In this document: one piece after another, positions 19,606-28,870 of the stretch
Layout: each line of letters begins with the position of its first letter
Numbering within the stretch: the first letter of the stretch is position 1
IMG/VR virus record: IMGVR_UViG_3300008255_000002
Source: a virus
DNA length: 64,000 bases
Direction: 5' to 3' (one strand)
Translations under genes and position numbers: made by a program
The notes under the pieces: generated by a model
Told to the model about the DNA's origin: nothing
Seen by the model: the letters and a program-made list of their open reading frames with translations, nothing else
Database searches by the model: none

Positions 19606-20636
19606 TTATTTCCTCTATATGGTAAATCTGCCACTGTTCTTATAACATTATTCCAATTATTAATATAATCATTTAGATTGAATTTATTTAATATGAGTTG
19701 TCGGGCGGCTTCCCCAAGACGTTTGATCTCTGTTGGATTATTTAATAGTGTTATTGTTTTTTGTTTTAATTCCTCTGGGTTATTAGACGCAACACAATTA
19801 ACACCATCAACAAAGAAATCTGGAATTGCACAAGTTAATGTTGTGGAGATTGCACAACCACATGCAGCAGATTCGAGTAACGAATGAGGAATTGGTGAAA
19901 AAGTGCTTGTATTAAGGAATATTGTTGATGATTGATAATGATTTAATAGTTCATATTGATCTTTTGCGGGAAGTGATAATCCTGGAGTATTTCCAATAAT
20001 TTTAAATGGTATATCTTTAACAATATGTTTCCAAATTGGAAATCCTAGTAGTGGTCCGCGATTAACAAAATCATTTGCCACACTTAATACATGGTTTTCT
20101 TTTAATACATTTGGGTCTGGTTTAAAAAAATCTGTATCAATTCCATGATAAATTACAATCGCTTCATCGTCTTTATATCCCCAAGATTTTTTACTATAAT
20201 CCGTAATAAAAATTTTCACATCTACAGGGATACTTCTATAGAAATCATATGTATTTTGATCTCTAAGGACCATATCACAATGTTCAAGAGATATTACAGG
20301 AATATGTAAATATTGAGAAATTTGTATTGCTTTTTGACTGTGAGCTAATGTATTTTGTATAAGAATTAAATCATAATCAAGCTTTGGGATATTTTTTATA
20401 TCCCCTTTAATATCAAATCTATGATAGTTATCGGGAACCTCTCGATATTTTGTGTCCCATTTTTTTAAGCCGTCCCACCATAAACTATACCATTCTGTAT
20501 TTGGAATTCTGCATTGTTCTGTTTGAACAGCTTCGTGTGTATCCCATGTTAATATTCGTAATGGATTATCTTTTCTTATCGCTTGTCTAATCACACTTCT
20601 AATAGCTCTATCACTCATAATTTTCCTCAAATTCAT
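19602..20636 (-). CDS. GT4 (GT-B) glycosyltransferase
   Basis: IYHGIDTDFFKP, FLNTS..SP.P.SLLESAACG, LGEAARQ. Confidence 0.9.
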   Translation of the reverse strand: MNLRKIMSDRAIRSVIRQAIRKDNPLRILTWDTHEAVQTEQCRIPNTEWYSLWWDGLKKWDTKYREVPDNYHRFDIKGDIKNIPKLDYDLILIQNTLAHSQKAIQISQYLHIPVISLEHCDMVLRDQNTYDFYRSIPVDVKIFITDYSKKSWGYKDDEAIVIYHGIDTDFFKPDPNVLKENHVLSVANDFVNRGPLLGFPIWKHIVKDIPFKIIGNTPGLSLPAKDQYELLNHYQSSTIFLNTSTFSPIPHSLLESAACGCAISTTLTCAIPDFFVDGVNCVASNNPEELKQKTITLLNNPTEIKRLGEAARQLILNKFNLNDYINNWNNVIRTVADLPYRGNK

Positions 20637-20781
20637 TAAAATTACAAACTTGTAGTTCTACTTCTCCGTTTTTATATCCTAGAAATAAACCAGTTCCATT
20701 TCCAAAATCTTCTTTCAATATACATATTGTATTTTCATCAAAGTATGATGTTTTTTTTGTAATATAGATTTTTGTTATCAT

Positions 20782-20985
20782 TTATAATTGTATCCTTGGT
20801 TCATACAATTCAACTTCTTTAGAAATCTCTTTAACGATTTGTTTCCAATAACCCTGATCTGATAAGCTTTCCTCTAAATCAAAGTATACTTTATCTGCAT
20901 TTTTTAAACAACTATAAGTATAAAATACATTTTCAAGATTCTTCCACATAATATATACTTTCATATAGTTCAAAGTTGTGCTCAT
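20782..20985 (-). CDS. Small hypothetical protein
   Basis: ORF in array of short genes. Confidence 0.4.
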   Translation of the reverse strand: MSTTLNYMKVYIMWKNLENVFYTYSCLKNADKVYFDLEESLSDQGYWKQIVKEISKEVELYEPRIQL

Positions 20986-21118
20986 TCAAACCATCTCTAC
21001 AACGATATATTTTATATTGCTTTGGATTTTCTCTAATAAAGTGTTCTGCCCAATATTTTTTGGTATAGGCTTTAATTGGAGTGTTATCTAATTTTGTTAT
21101 TAAATATATATATTTCAT
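20933..21118 (-). CDS. Small hypothetical protein
   Basis: ORF in array of short genes. Confidence 0.45.
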   Translation of the reverse strand: MKYIYLITKLDNTPIKAYTKKYWAEHFIRENPKQYKIYRCRDGLNEHNFELYESIYYVEES

Positions 21119-21215
21119 TTTTTGTTATGTATTACAACGAGTTCTTGATAACGATTAGTGAATCTTTTTTCTTTAGAAAAAAATAAATTATCATATTCGA
21201 TTTTAATTTCTAAAC

Positions 21216-21836
21216 TCATAATAAATCATCTCTAACAAAAAAATCGTCAATCTCAAAGAATTTTTCGTGTATGTAGCCTAATTCTTTCATAAATTGTCGT
21301 AATTCACTTTGTTGTGGTTCCTCTTTATTCTCAACTGTCAGCACTCTGATATTGTACTTTTCCCAAGGAAAAGCTTTCAGAATACTTAATTCACTTCCTT
21401 CCGTATCAAGAGAAAAATAATCTATGGTTTTGGGCGCATTATATTTTTCTAGTAGCTCTAGCGGCGTAATACATTCTTTTTCTACTGTTGTGAAACCATC
21501 CCAGTAACTAATCGAAGTTGCCCATAACTTATGTTCGTCACTACATTCATCTTCAATCCCCCCTAATAAACTACCTTCAATAAAACTAATTTTTTGGTTA
21601 GAGGAATATAATACTTTATTTTCGGCGTAAGCCTTGCGATTATTAACTAAATCTAAATATAGTGAAGTATTTGGTTCTACAAGAATTCCATTCCACCTAT
21701 AAAAATTTTCTAATAGATACGTGTTACTAAATTGAATTCCGTCTGCCGCGCCACAATCAAGAAAGAAACCATTTCGTTTATTATTCAGTTTCTCTAAAAC
21801 CCATTGTTCTTGTCCGATTTGTGAAAAACTTTTCAT
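21216..21836 (-). CDS. FkbM-family methyltransferase
   Basis: SQIGQ, FLDCGAADG..SNT, GILVEPN, IDYFSLDTEGSE, TVEN. Confidence 0.9.
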   Translation of the reverse strand: MKSFSQIGQEQWVLEKLNNKRNGFFLDCGAADGIQFSNTYLLENFYRWNGILVEPNTSLYLDLVNNRKAYAENKVLYSSNQKISFIEGSLLGGIEDECSDEHKLWATSISYWDGFTTVEKECITPLELLEKYNAPKTIDYFSLDTEGSELSILKAFPWEKYNIRVLTVENKEEPQQSELRQFMKELGYIHEKFFEIDDFFVRDDLL

Positions 21837-21990
21837 TCAAATACCTCTATTTCATCAATGAATAAATATTTTCTATCATTACCTCTTTCAACAAGATTAT
21901 TTCTGATACGCTCAAGTATTAATTTATTTTTTGAAACGCCAGCAACCCAAAAATTTTCTTTATCCTCATCTAAATAATATAATAAATACA

Positions 21991-22618
21991 TTATAATTTT
22001 AAATCCTTATGGTAATAGAATTCGTCTGGTGGCACATACTTATCTAAAATATATCCTAAATCTGTTAATAGATTTCTGATTTTTGTTTTGTTTGGTTCGT
22101 GATTATTTTCAACCGTGATTAATCTAACTGAATATTTATCCCAAGGGAAACATTCTAAGATTTTGAATTCACTACCCTCGCAATCTAATGATAAATAATC
22201 AATAGTTTTTGGACAATTAAAATGATCTAGGATTTTTAATGGAGTTAAACATCTTTTTGTTTTTAGTGTTGTTTCGTCCCATGATGTTTCTTTTTTTAAT
22301 CCACTCTTTATGAAAATCAGCACATTCCTCTAATACACCCCCGATTTGCCCGCCTTGTTCGATGAAGTCAACTAAACCATTTTTATTATAAACGACTACA
22401 TTTTCACAATAACACATTAGACGATTTATAATTAATTGGTTAAACACTTCTGTATTTGGTTCTACGTAAATACCAACCCAATCATAATCCTTCTCTAATA
22501 AATATGTATTGTTGATGTGTACTCCATCCCACGCGCCCCAATCAAGAAAGTATCCATTAGTTTTATATCTAAGTTTTTCTAAAACCCATAAGTCTTGGGC
22601 GACTTGACTATAACTCAT
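21991..22618 (-). pseudogene. Second FkbM-family methyltransferase, frameshifted in an A7 run
   Basis: ORFs 22217..22618 and 21991..22323 are the N- and C-halves of a paralog of 21216..21836; join at 22291-22297. Confidence 0.85.
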
Positions 22619-22691
22619 GTTTTCTTCCTTTTAACATAATCGAGAAGTGTTAGTTTCTGTAAAAATAAGATTGTCATCTTTGATTTCTAAT

Positions 22692-23810
22692 TCAATCATT
22701 TAAAATCTTCAAAAAATCTACCCCAACATTTTCATAAGAATAATGATCCATACCTTTTCTTAAAAAATCTTTAGTTATACTTGATTGATTTTTTTTATCA
22801 TTATATACTCTTTGCATTATTTTAACTAATTCTATTATATCTAATTGCCACCATGTATTACGAGAATTATATATGCCATTTGGGGAATTTGGATCATTCG
22901 CCGGAACTAGATTAGTAGAAACGCCACAAAAGTCTGTATTAAGCATCCAATCATTAAAAGCTGTATGCATTCCTGCAATTAAGTTATTACCATGTGCGAT
23001 TTGTGCTTCCCATGCCGGAATACACCATGCTTCTCCATGACTAGTTGTTACAAAACAATCGCAATCATTGTGGATTGCTTGAATTGCATCTTCTGGCAAT
23101 CTATGAACAATTAAAATCTCTTTCTTGTAATCTTCTAACGATGGATATAATCCCATACTTAATTTAATAGCATTGCAAAATTCACTGATAATTTTAAGTG
23201 ATTCTTCGGGTGATTTTCCAGGAACATTTGATTTAATAATTAATTGAACAAGATCACTTGGATGGAACGCTAGATGAAACGCCCTAATTAAAGTTTCGTA
23301 ATCCTTACGCGTAACAAATTCACCGATTGTATAAAAAAGAAAATCGTTTTGATAATTTTTACGTAATTCAGTTGGTTTATATTCTTTTCTATATTTATTA
23401 ATATCAAATGTATGCGGCAACACGTAAATAGGAACATTGACCCCACTATTTTTAAGTGCTGATTTTCCAGAATTTGTAAATGTAATAATAGTATCCATCA
23501 TATTGCATTTGTACACCCACTCTAAAGGAACACTATTAGTTTCGATAGCTACCATCCCAATATTTTTACGAAAATTTCCATCGTATTCATAAAAAGTTGG
23601 TAGTGTATGTTGAATACAAACATCACATCCATCAGAAATTTTATCTTCTAAATTTTCAATTGTTTTTGGTATTGGTTCCTTGTTGTTGTTTAATCTAAAT
23701 GGTCGAGCAACCACATCAATACCAATATGATTAAGTGCAAGGATGTAGTTTTCTGCCGCTTCTCCATATCCTGTTTTGTCTCTATAATGACCTATATAAA
23801 GTATTTTCAT
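22692..23810 (-). CDS. GT4 glycosyltransferase
   Basis: TGYG.AA, ET..P.EW, RKD..TLIRAF, DCFVTTSHGEAWCIP. Confidence 0.88.
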   Translation of the reverse strand: MKILYIGHYRDKTGYGEAAENYILALNHIGIDVVARPFRLNNNKEPIPKTIENLEDKISDGCDVCIQHTLPTFYEYDGNFRKNIGMVAIETNSVPLEWVYKCNMMDTIITFTNSGKSALKNSGVNVPIYVLPHTFDINKYRKEYKPTELRKNYQNDFLFYTIGEFVTRKDYETLIRAFHLAFHPSDLVQLIIKSNVPGKSPEESLKIISEFCNAIKLSMGLYPSLEDYKKEILIVHRLPEDAIQAIHNDCDCFVTTSHGEAWCIPAWEAQIAHGNNLIAGMHTAFNDWMLNTDFCGVSTNLVPANDPNSPNGIYNSRNTWWQLDIIELVKIMQRVYNDKKNQSSITKDFLRKGMDHYSYENVGVDFLKILND

Positions 23811-24547
23811 TTTGTTTTTTTAACTCCTGCCCTTTTTAATATTTCTACCACACTATCTTTTGGTATTTGTAGTTTTTTTGCAATTTCTTTAATTTGTATT
23901 CCATCTCTACGTAATTGAATTATTTTATTGATCTCATCTTCTTTATATTTTCTTTTATCATAATCTGGATTTCTTGGAGTATAATTATTATCAATCCATG
24001 TTAAATTTAGACAAATGTTTCTAGAGTTAGATTTTGAAATATTGTATATTTTTCCTATACTTGTCATGTCCATTCCGTCAAGATACAATCTTCTTATTTC
24101 CTTAACTTGAAACCATTTTAATTTATTTGAAGGTGCATCCTCTCCCTTACTTCCATACTTTCTTCCTCTTCCCTTTCTTGACATATCTTTCATATTATCT
24201 GAATTTGTACCTAAGAAAATATGATCTGGTCTTACACATTTCACATTATCACATGTATGACAACAAAGCATCCCATTAGGAATTTCTTTATAGTATAGGA
24301 CAGCAGAAAATTTATGAGCTACAAGACATTTAGATATTCTTCTAAAACTAAATGTTCCATATCCCGAATCGCCCAAACAACCCCTCCACTCCCAACAATC
24401 GCCATTTGGACCCAACCCAGGTTTAAAGCTAACCTTACTCCAAAATCTACAAATGTCTTTATCGGTTACATTTGCTGTTTTATTATTTATGGTTATTTCC
24501 ATTATTTTTTTACCAAGAATTCTCCACCACTCAATTTTATTATTCAC
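23807..24547 (-). CDS. HNH endonuclease with C-terminal HTH domains
   Basis: RFWSKV, CWEW.G, GYG, AHK, CHTCDN..CV.PDH...GT..DNM.D. Confidence 0.88.
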   Translation of the reverse strand: MNNKIEWWRILGKKIMEITINNKTANVTDKDICRFWSKVSFKPGLGPNGDCWEWRGCLGDSGYGTFSFRRISKCLVAHKFSAVLYYKEIPNGMLCCHTCDNVKCVRPDHIFLGTNSDNMKDMSRKGRGRKYGSKGEDAPSNKLKWFQVKEIRRLYLDGMDMTSIGKIYNISKSNSRNICLNLTWIDNNYTPRNPDYDKRKYKEDEINKIIQLRRDGIQIKEIAKKLQIPKDSVVEILKRAGVKKTK

Positions 24548-25034
24548 TCCAACTAATACCTCTACATATTCTTGATACTTGAGATTTTCCCAAATTGAAA
24601 AAATCTGCTAGTTGAGTATAATTCATCCCTTTTTTATTTAATTTTCGCATATCATCGACCTTTTCTTGCGTAAGTTTTGCTCTACCATTTTTATCTCCTA
24701 ATAAGATTGCGCTACGTTTTTTGTTAACCATATCTTTCATATTTTGTTCATGTGTCCCCATCCATATATGATACGGGTTTACACAACTTTTTTGATCGCA
24801 CATATGACAACCAAACAATTCTTTAGGTATAGACCCAAATGTAAGAGCGTAATTGAAACGATGTGCCGTATAATACTTTCCATTAAAATAGAAACGTCCA
24901 TATCCATTATCTTTTTGTTGACATTTCCAAATCCAACAACCAGTTTCGTAATCTATATTAATTTTTGAATAAAATCTAATAATATCTTTTTGTTGAATTT
25001 TTAATTCTTCTTCATTATATAATATTGTTTTCAA
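24540..25034 (-). CDS. HNH endonuclease
   Basis: CWIW, GYG.F, AHR, CH.CD...CVNP.H...GT..QNM.D. Confidence 0.88.
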   Translation of the reverse strand: MKTILYNEEELKIQQKDIIRFYSKINIDYETGCWIWKCQQKDNGYGRFYFNGKYYTAHRFNYALTFGSIPKELFGCHMCDQKSCVNPYHIWMGTHEQNMKDMVNKKRSAILLGDKNGRAKLTQEKVDDMRKLNKKGMNYTQLADFFNLGKSQVSRICRGISWSE

Positions 25035-25236
25035 TTAAAAAAATCCTAATTGTTAAAATGATACCCAAAATAATAGTTGAAAATATAAAAAAACTACAAA
25101 ATAGATTAAAAAGCATTAATTTGGTAATAAAACTAGTTAATTTATCACTTTTGTCTGAAAAAATATCATATAAAATAAAAGTTGTTATGCATAATATATT
25201 GATACATATATAACTTCTTAGTATTAATAACTCCAT
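25015..25236 (-). CDS. Small membrane protein
   Basis: Two hydrophobic helices. Confidence 0.45.
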   Translation of the reverse strand: MELLILRSYICINILCITTFILYDIFSDKSDKLTSFITKLMLFNLFCSFFIFSTIILGIILTIRIFLIENNII

Positions 25237-26738
25237 TATCTTACCCTTATAAAATTAGCATTATTACGTAATTCTATTAAATTTTTAGAATTTGTATATG
25301 TGCATGTAGACCTTAGCCCTCCAAGAAAATCTTGAACAACATCATTAATAGATCCTTTATAATCTACTAAACTAACCTTCCCTTCAGATGCTCTATAAAA
25401 CTGTTGATTATTATACTTTTTCATAGCTTCTGAACTTGCCATTCCGTAAATTTGATGATATTTTTTATGACCATTCTCATCATATATCCATTCTCCATCA
25501 CATTCTTCGCACCCTCCAAACATAGATCCAATCATTATAAAATCTACCCCAGCCGCAAAGGCTTTAGCGGCATCTCCAGAAGTTTTAATCCCACCATCTC
25601 CACACACATATATATTATGTTCGTGTGCTAATTGAACACAATCAATAATTGTTGATAATTGTGGAACACCTACCCCTGTAACTTTTCTGGTTTGACATTG
25701 AGAACCTGGACCAATACCAACCTTAATAATTTTAATACCTAATTTTATTAAGTCTGAAAAACCGCTTGGGGTACAAACATTACCAACCATTAAATGTGTA
25801 TTTGGTAGTTTTTTTCTAAGTATTTTAACAACATCTCGAAGTTTTCGTATGTATCCATTAGCCACATCAACACATAATAATCTAATAGGGATTTGTTTAT
25901 TTATTTCGTATATTTTTTCTAAATCTAAATCATTTATACCGCAACTAAGAAATATATTATTTGTTATATCTTTTTTTTCTTTCATAAATTTTACTACTTT
26001 ATCTATATCATAATATTTATGCAGACATGTCATCATATTATGATTTTTTGCTAATACTTCTCCTATCTTAAGAGTGCCGCAGAAATCCATATTTGACGCT
26101 ATAATAGGAATAGCATTTATCTCTAAATCATCAAATTTTCTATCTAATACAACTTGAGACCTACTGTCTATATTGCTTAAAATAGGTTCTATTAATACAT
26201 CATCAAAATCAATTTTTTTATTCATAATTCTGTTTTGGTAAAATGAAATTTTTGAGATATGTTCCAAAAATTCTGATTGATTACTAGACCATTTAAATTT
26301 ATTACATTTTCCACAACATGTTACAATATTACTTTTTATATATCCAATATCATTCTTAACTCTATCTATTCCATTATGAATAAAAGAAGATATTTTTTGT
26401 GATGGCAAATTCCCACAATAATAACAATGCTGTTGTGTTAACTCGTAAAATTCTTCTTTTGTTAAATCGAATTCTCTATTACGTTTTAATGCATTTTTTT
26501 TATATGTATTATACATACAATAAAAACCGCCAGGATATTCATCGACAATTCTTCTAATACATCCACAACTTTTCTTGGTTTTTATTTTATGAACTGGAAG
26601 TGGTTTTGTTAAATTATCATAATATCCACATTTACATATCCATAAATGTCTTCCTTTTTCTTTTTTACCTACATATTCTACAACCTTAGGTTTGCCGAAT
26701 TTTTTTTCTAATAAACCTTTTTTATACTTTATCGGCAT
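25236..26738 (-). CDS. guaC: GMP reductase (from Met at 26225) fused in frame to an N-terminal HNH-like endonuclease
   Basis: DFDDVLI.P, IIASNMD, DVANGY, KVGIGPGSQC.TR, DGG, YGMAS, YRASEGK; first 171 aa have CYYCG, NGIDR...GY...N.V.CC..CN. Confidence 0.88.
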   Translation of the reverse strand: MPIKYKKGLLEKKFGKPKVVEYVGKKEKGRHLWICKCGYYDNLTKPLPVHKIKTKKSCGCIRRIVDEYPGGFYCMYNTYKKNALKRNREFDLTKEEFYELTQQHCYYCGNLPSQKISSFIHNGIDRVKNDIGYIKSNIVTCCGKCNKFKWSSNQSEFLEHISKISFYQNRIMNKKIDFDDVLIEPILSNIDSRSQVVLDRKFDDLEINAIPIIASNMDFCGTLKIGEVLAKNHNMMTCLHKYYDIDKVVKFMKEKKDITNNIFLSCGINDLDLEKIYEINKQIPIRLLCVDVANGYIRKLRDVVKILRKKLPNTHLMVGNVCTPSGFSDLIKLGIKIIKVGIGPGSQCQTRKVTGVGVPQLSTIIDCVQLAHEHNIYVCGDGGIKTSGDAAKAFAAGVDFIMIGSMFGGCEECDGEWIYDENGHKKYHQIYGMASSEAMKKYNNQQFYRASEGKVSLVDYKGSINDVVQDFLGGLRSTCTYTNSKNLIELRNNANFIRVR

Positions 26739-28398
26739 TTTGCATCCTTTGGATATATTGTATCCTAGTTATTTCTAACTGATTATATTCCATCCTACGA
26801 TTATATAGTTCTTGTAATAATATATTTCTATCGAAATTTCTTGGGCGATTTTGAGATACAACACTCATATCAGCAAAAATTGTTGTCACGCCACCAGTTA
26901 AATTAACACCGAGATTTAAATATCTGGTAAGTTTCATAGCAAAATAACTATTACATAATTCAGGAAGACCTAAAACATTAGCAATTGCCCAATTTACAAA
27001 TTCATCATTTTTTAAATTATTTGGAATTTGTTTTTTAGGTTCGTGGATTCTTGGCGGGGAAAACCATGTATATCTAATGTCTTTTAGGGGAAGTTGATCG
27101 AATATTTCCATCCACTTATTTGCAGTTGTGTCCCAATTATAATTTTTTCTACATGAAGATGCAACTTCAAATTTACGTTTATTGCGCGGCAACTTAGGTA
27201 AACTTAAATAAGTAATTAACTTATCAACCAAATCTTGTTTGTCTGGAAGTGCGAATAATCTATTTGTTTCAACTTCTCTATAGTAATTTAAAACCTTAAT
27301 AGGATATGCTTTAATTGTTTCTGGGAAATCTTCAAGTGCGGAATAGTTTAAAACAAATCCAGGAATACCAGCAGCAGCAGATTCGACACAAGGAACCTCA
27401 AATCCAGACGCACAACTTAAATGTACATAACAATCGAATAAATTGTAAATTTGATTTAGTTCATCTTCCTCTAACCCAAATTCAACGCCGGGAATAATTA
27501 ACGATGGACTTCCGCACTTTTTACAAACAGCTAATCCATCCTGAAAGAAAGATGGCATATGAGTTTGGCATTTTTTACATTTGTATGAAAATAATACCTT
27601 ATTTGTTAATCCATATTCTTTAAGTAATGTTGGAAGTTCCCATCCCATATCAGGATATGATGTATGTAGATACAGATATGTTTTATTAACTATTTCTTGT
27701 GGTGCCTGCCCACAAAACATTTCAAATGCTTCTAGTAAATCTGGAATTAGTTTTCTTTTTTGATTACGTCCAATAAATCCAAGAATATTAATATCTTCCT
27801 CTAATCCATAGAATTTTCTTAGATTTTTAAGATCCTGGATTGGTTTATAGATATTATAGTCTGGACACGGAGGAACCCAACCTAAATAATTAATATTTGA
27901 ATATTCTTTAAGTAATTCTCCAGCCCACTTAGAATAAGTTAAGATTCCATCAGCTTCAGTAAATGCAGCAATCCATTCATCTGCTTGTGGTTTTGCATCG
28001 ACTGTTGCTTGATGGAATAAATAATAAAATGGGCGAAATGGAGAATCAAACTCAAATCCGCACATAAAAATATCTCTTACGTCAACAACAATATCTGGCA
28101 TCCATTCTATACATACATTATCAAATGAAAATTTACCTAATTGATTAATAGTTGATGAATTAAATCTTTCTTCTTCGCCAGGATTTGGTAAATTAAAAAA
28201 TACTTTCCAGTGGCAATTTGTTTTGCTGTTTTGTGGATCTCCATAAATAGCTAATTCAGCAATTTCATATTTATTTGTTTTATGCCACCTTTCTAATAAA
28301 TTTTTTGTGATACGTGCATATCCTGTATTTAGGTGGTGACTCTCCCCAACAAATAAAATCTTTGGTTTTCTATTATTCATTATCGTAAATTGCTCCAT
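26722..28398 (-). CDS. GT4 glycosyltransferase with inserted Zn-ribbon
   Basis: TGYA, RNQKRK..PDL, YLHT, CKKC...CKKC, GFEVP.VE.AAAG.P. Confidence 0.85.
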   Translation of the reverse strand: MEQFTIMNNRKPKILFVGESHHLNTGYARITKNLLERWHKTNKYEIAELAIYGDPQNSKTNCHWKVFFNLPNPGEEERFNSSTINQLGKFSFDNVCIEWMPDIVVDVRDIFMCGFEFDSPFRPFYYLFHQATVDAKPQADEWIAAFTEADGILTYSKWAGELLKEYSNINYLGWVPPCPDYNIYKPIQDLKNLRKFYGLEEDINILGFIGRNQKRKLIPDLLEAFEMFCGQAPQEIVNKTYLYLHTSYPDMGWELPTLLKEYGLTNKVLFSYKCKKCQTHMPSFFQDGLAVCKKCGSPSLIIPGVEFGLEEDELNQIYNLFDCYVHLSCASGFEVPCVESAAAGIPGFVLNYSALEDFPETIKAYPIKVLNYYREVETNRLFALPDKQDLVDKLITYLSLPKLPRNKRKFEVASSCRKNYNWDTTANKWMEIFDQLPLKDIRYTWFSPPRIHEPKKQIPNNLKNDEFVNWAIANVLGLPELCNSYFAMKLTRYLNLGVNLTGGVTTIFADMSVVSQNRPRNFDRNILLQELYNRRMEYNQLEITRIQYIQRMQNADKV

Positions 28399-28441
28399 AT
28401 TCTATCTTAGTTTTCATAAGTCTTTTCGCTGTAACATGTTA

Positions 28442-28840
28442 CTAAAATGGTACTTCTTCTGTATCCTCTACTTCTTCTTCTGTTTCCACTTCTAATTCCG
28501 GTTCTTCATCTTCCACTTGTGTTTGAGTTTCATTTCTATCTTTTTTAGGAGCACTAGCATTTTGATCAAATTGTAAGAATGAAGCTAAAATATATTCATA
28601 TTTCTTATCATTATAATCTTCTTGAACCAACAATCCCATAATTTTGATGCGATTTCCAGGTTTAAGTTTTTGGGCGAATTTTGCTGTATAATCCCAACAT
28701 TTTACTACCTTAAATGTTTTTTGTGTTTTTCCGTTGCTATAGAAATTACTTACAACATTAAATTGTGCCCATTCATTGCCATTTTTAGCTTTGCCGCTTT
28801 TTACTTCACGAACAACCGTAACATTATCTGATACTTGCAT
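28442..28840 (-). CDS. ssb: Single-stranded DNA-binding protein
   Basis: OB-fold pattern (V.CW..A..LKPG....G.L), acidic tail ending EEVPF. Confidence 0.8.
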   Translation of the reverse strand: MQVSDNVTVVREVKSGKAKNGNEWAQFNVVSNFYSNGKTQKTFKVVKCWDYTAKFAQKLKPGNRIKIMGLLVQEDYNDKKYEYILASFLQFDQNASAPKKDRNETQTQVEDEEPELEVETEEEVEDTEEVPF

Positions 28841-28870
28841 TATTTATTCCTTTTTAAAATATTAAATTAT

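Noticed and set aside
22288-22300. Programmed -1 frameshift at A-AAA-AAG in the FkbM copy
   Set aside because: Restoring the protein needs a +1 (or -2) shift, not -1
25236-26225. IMP dehydrogenase (guaB) call
   Set aside because: SNMD, DVANGY and YRASEGK signatures and the short length without CBS domains fit GMP reductase
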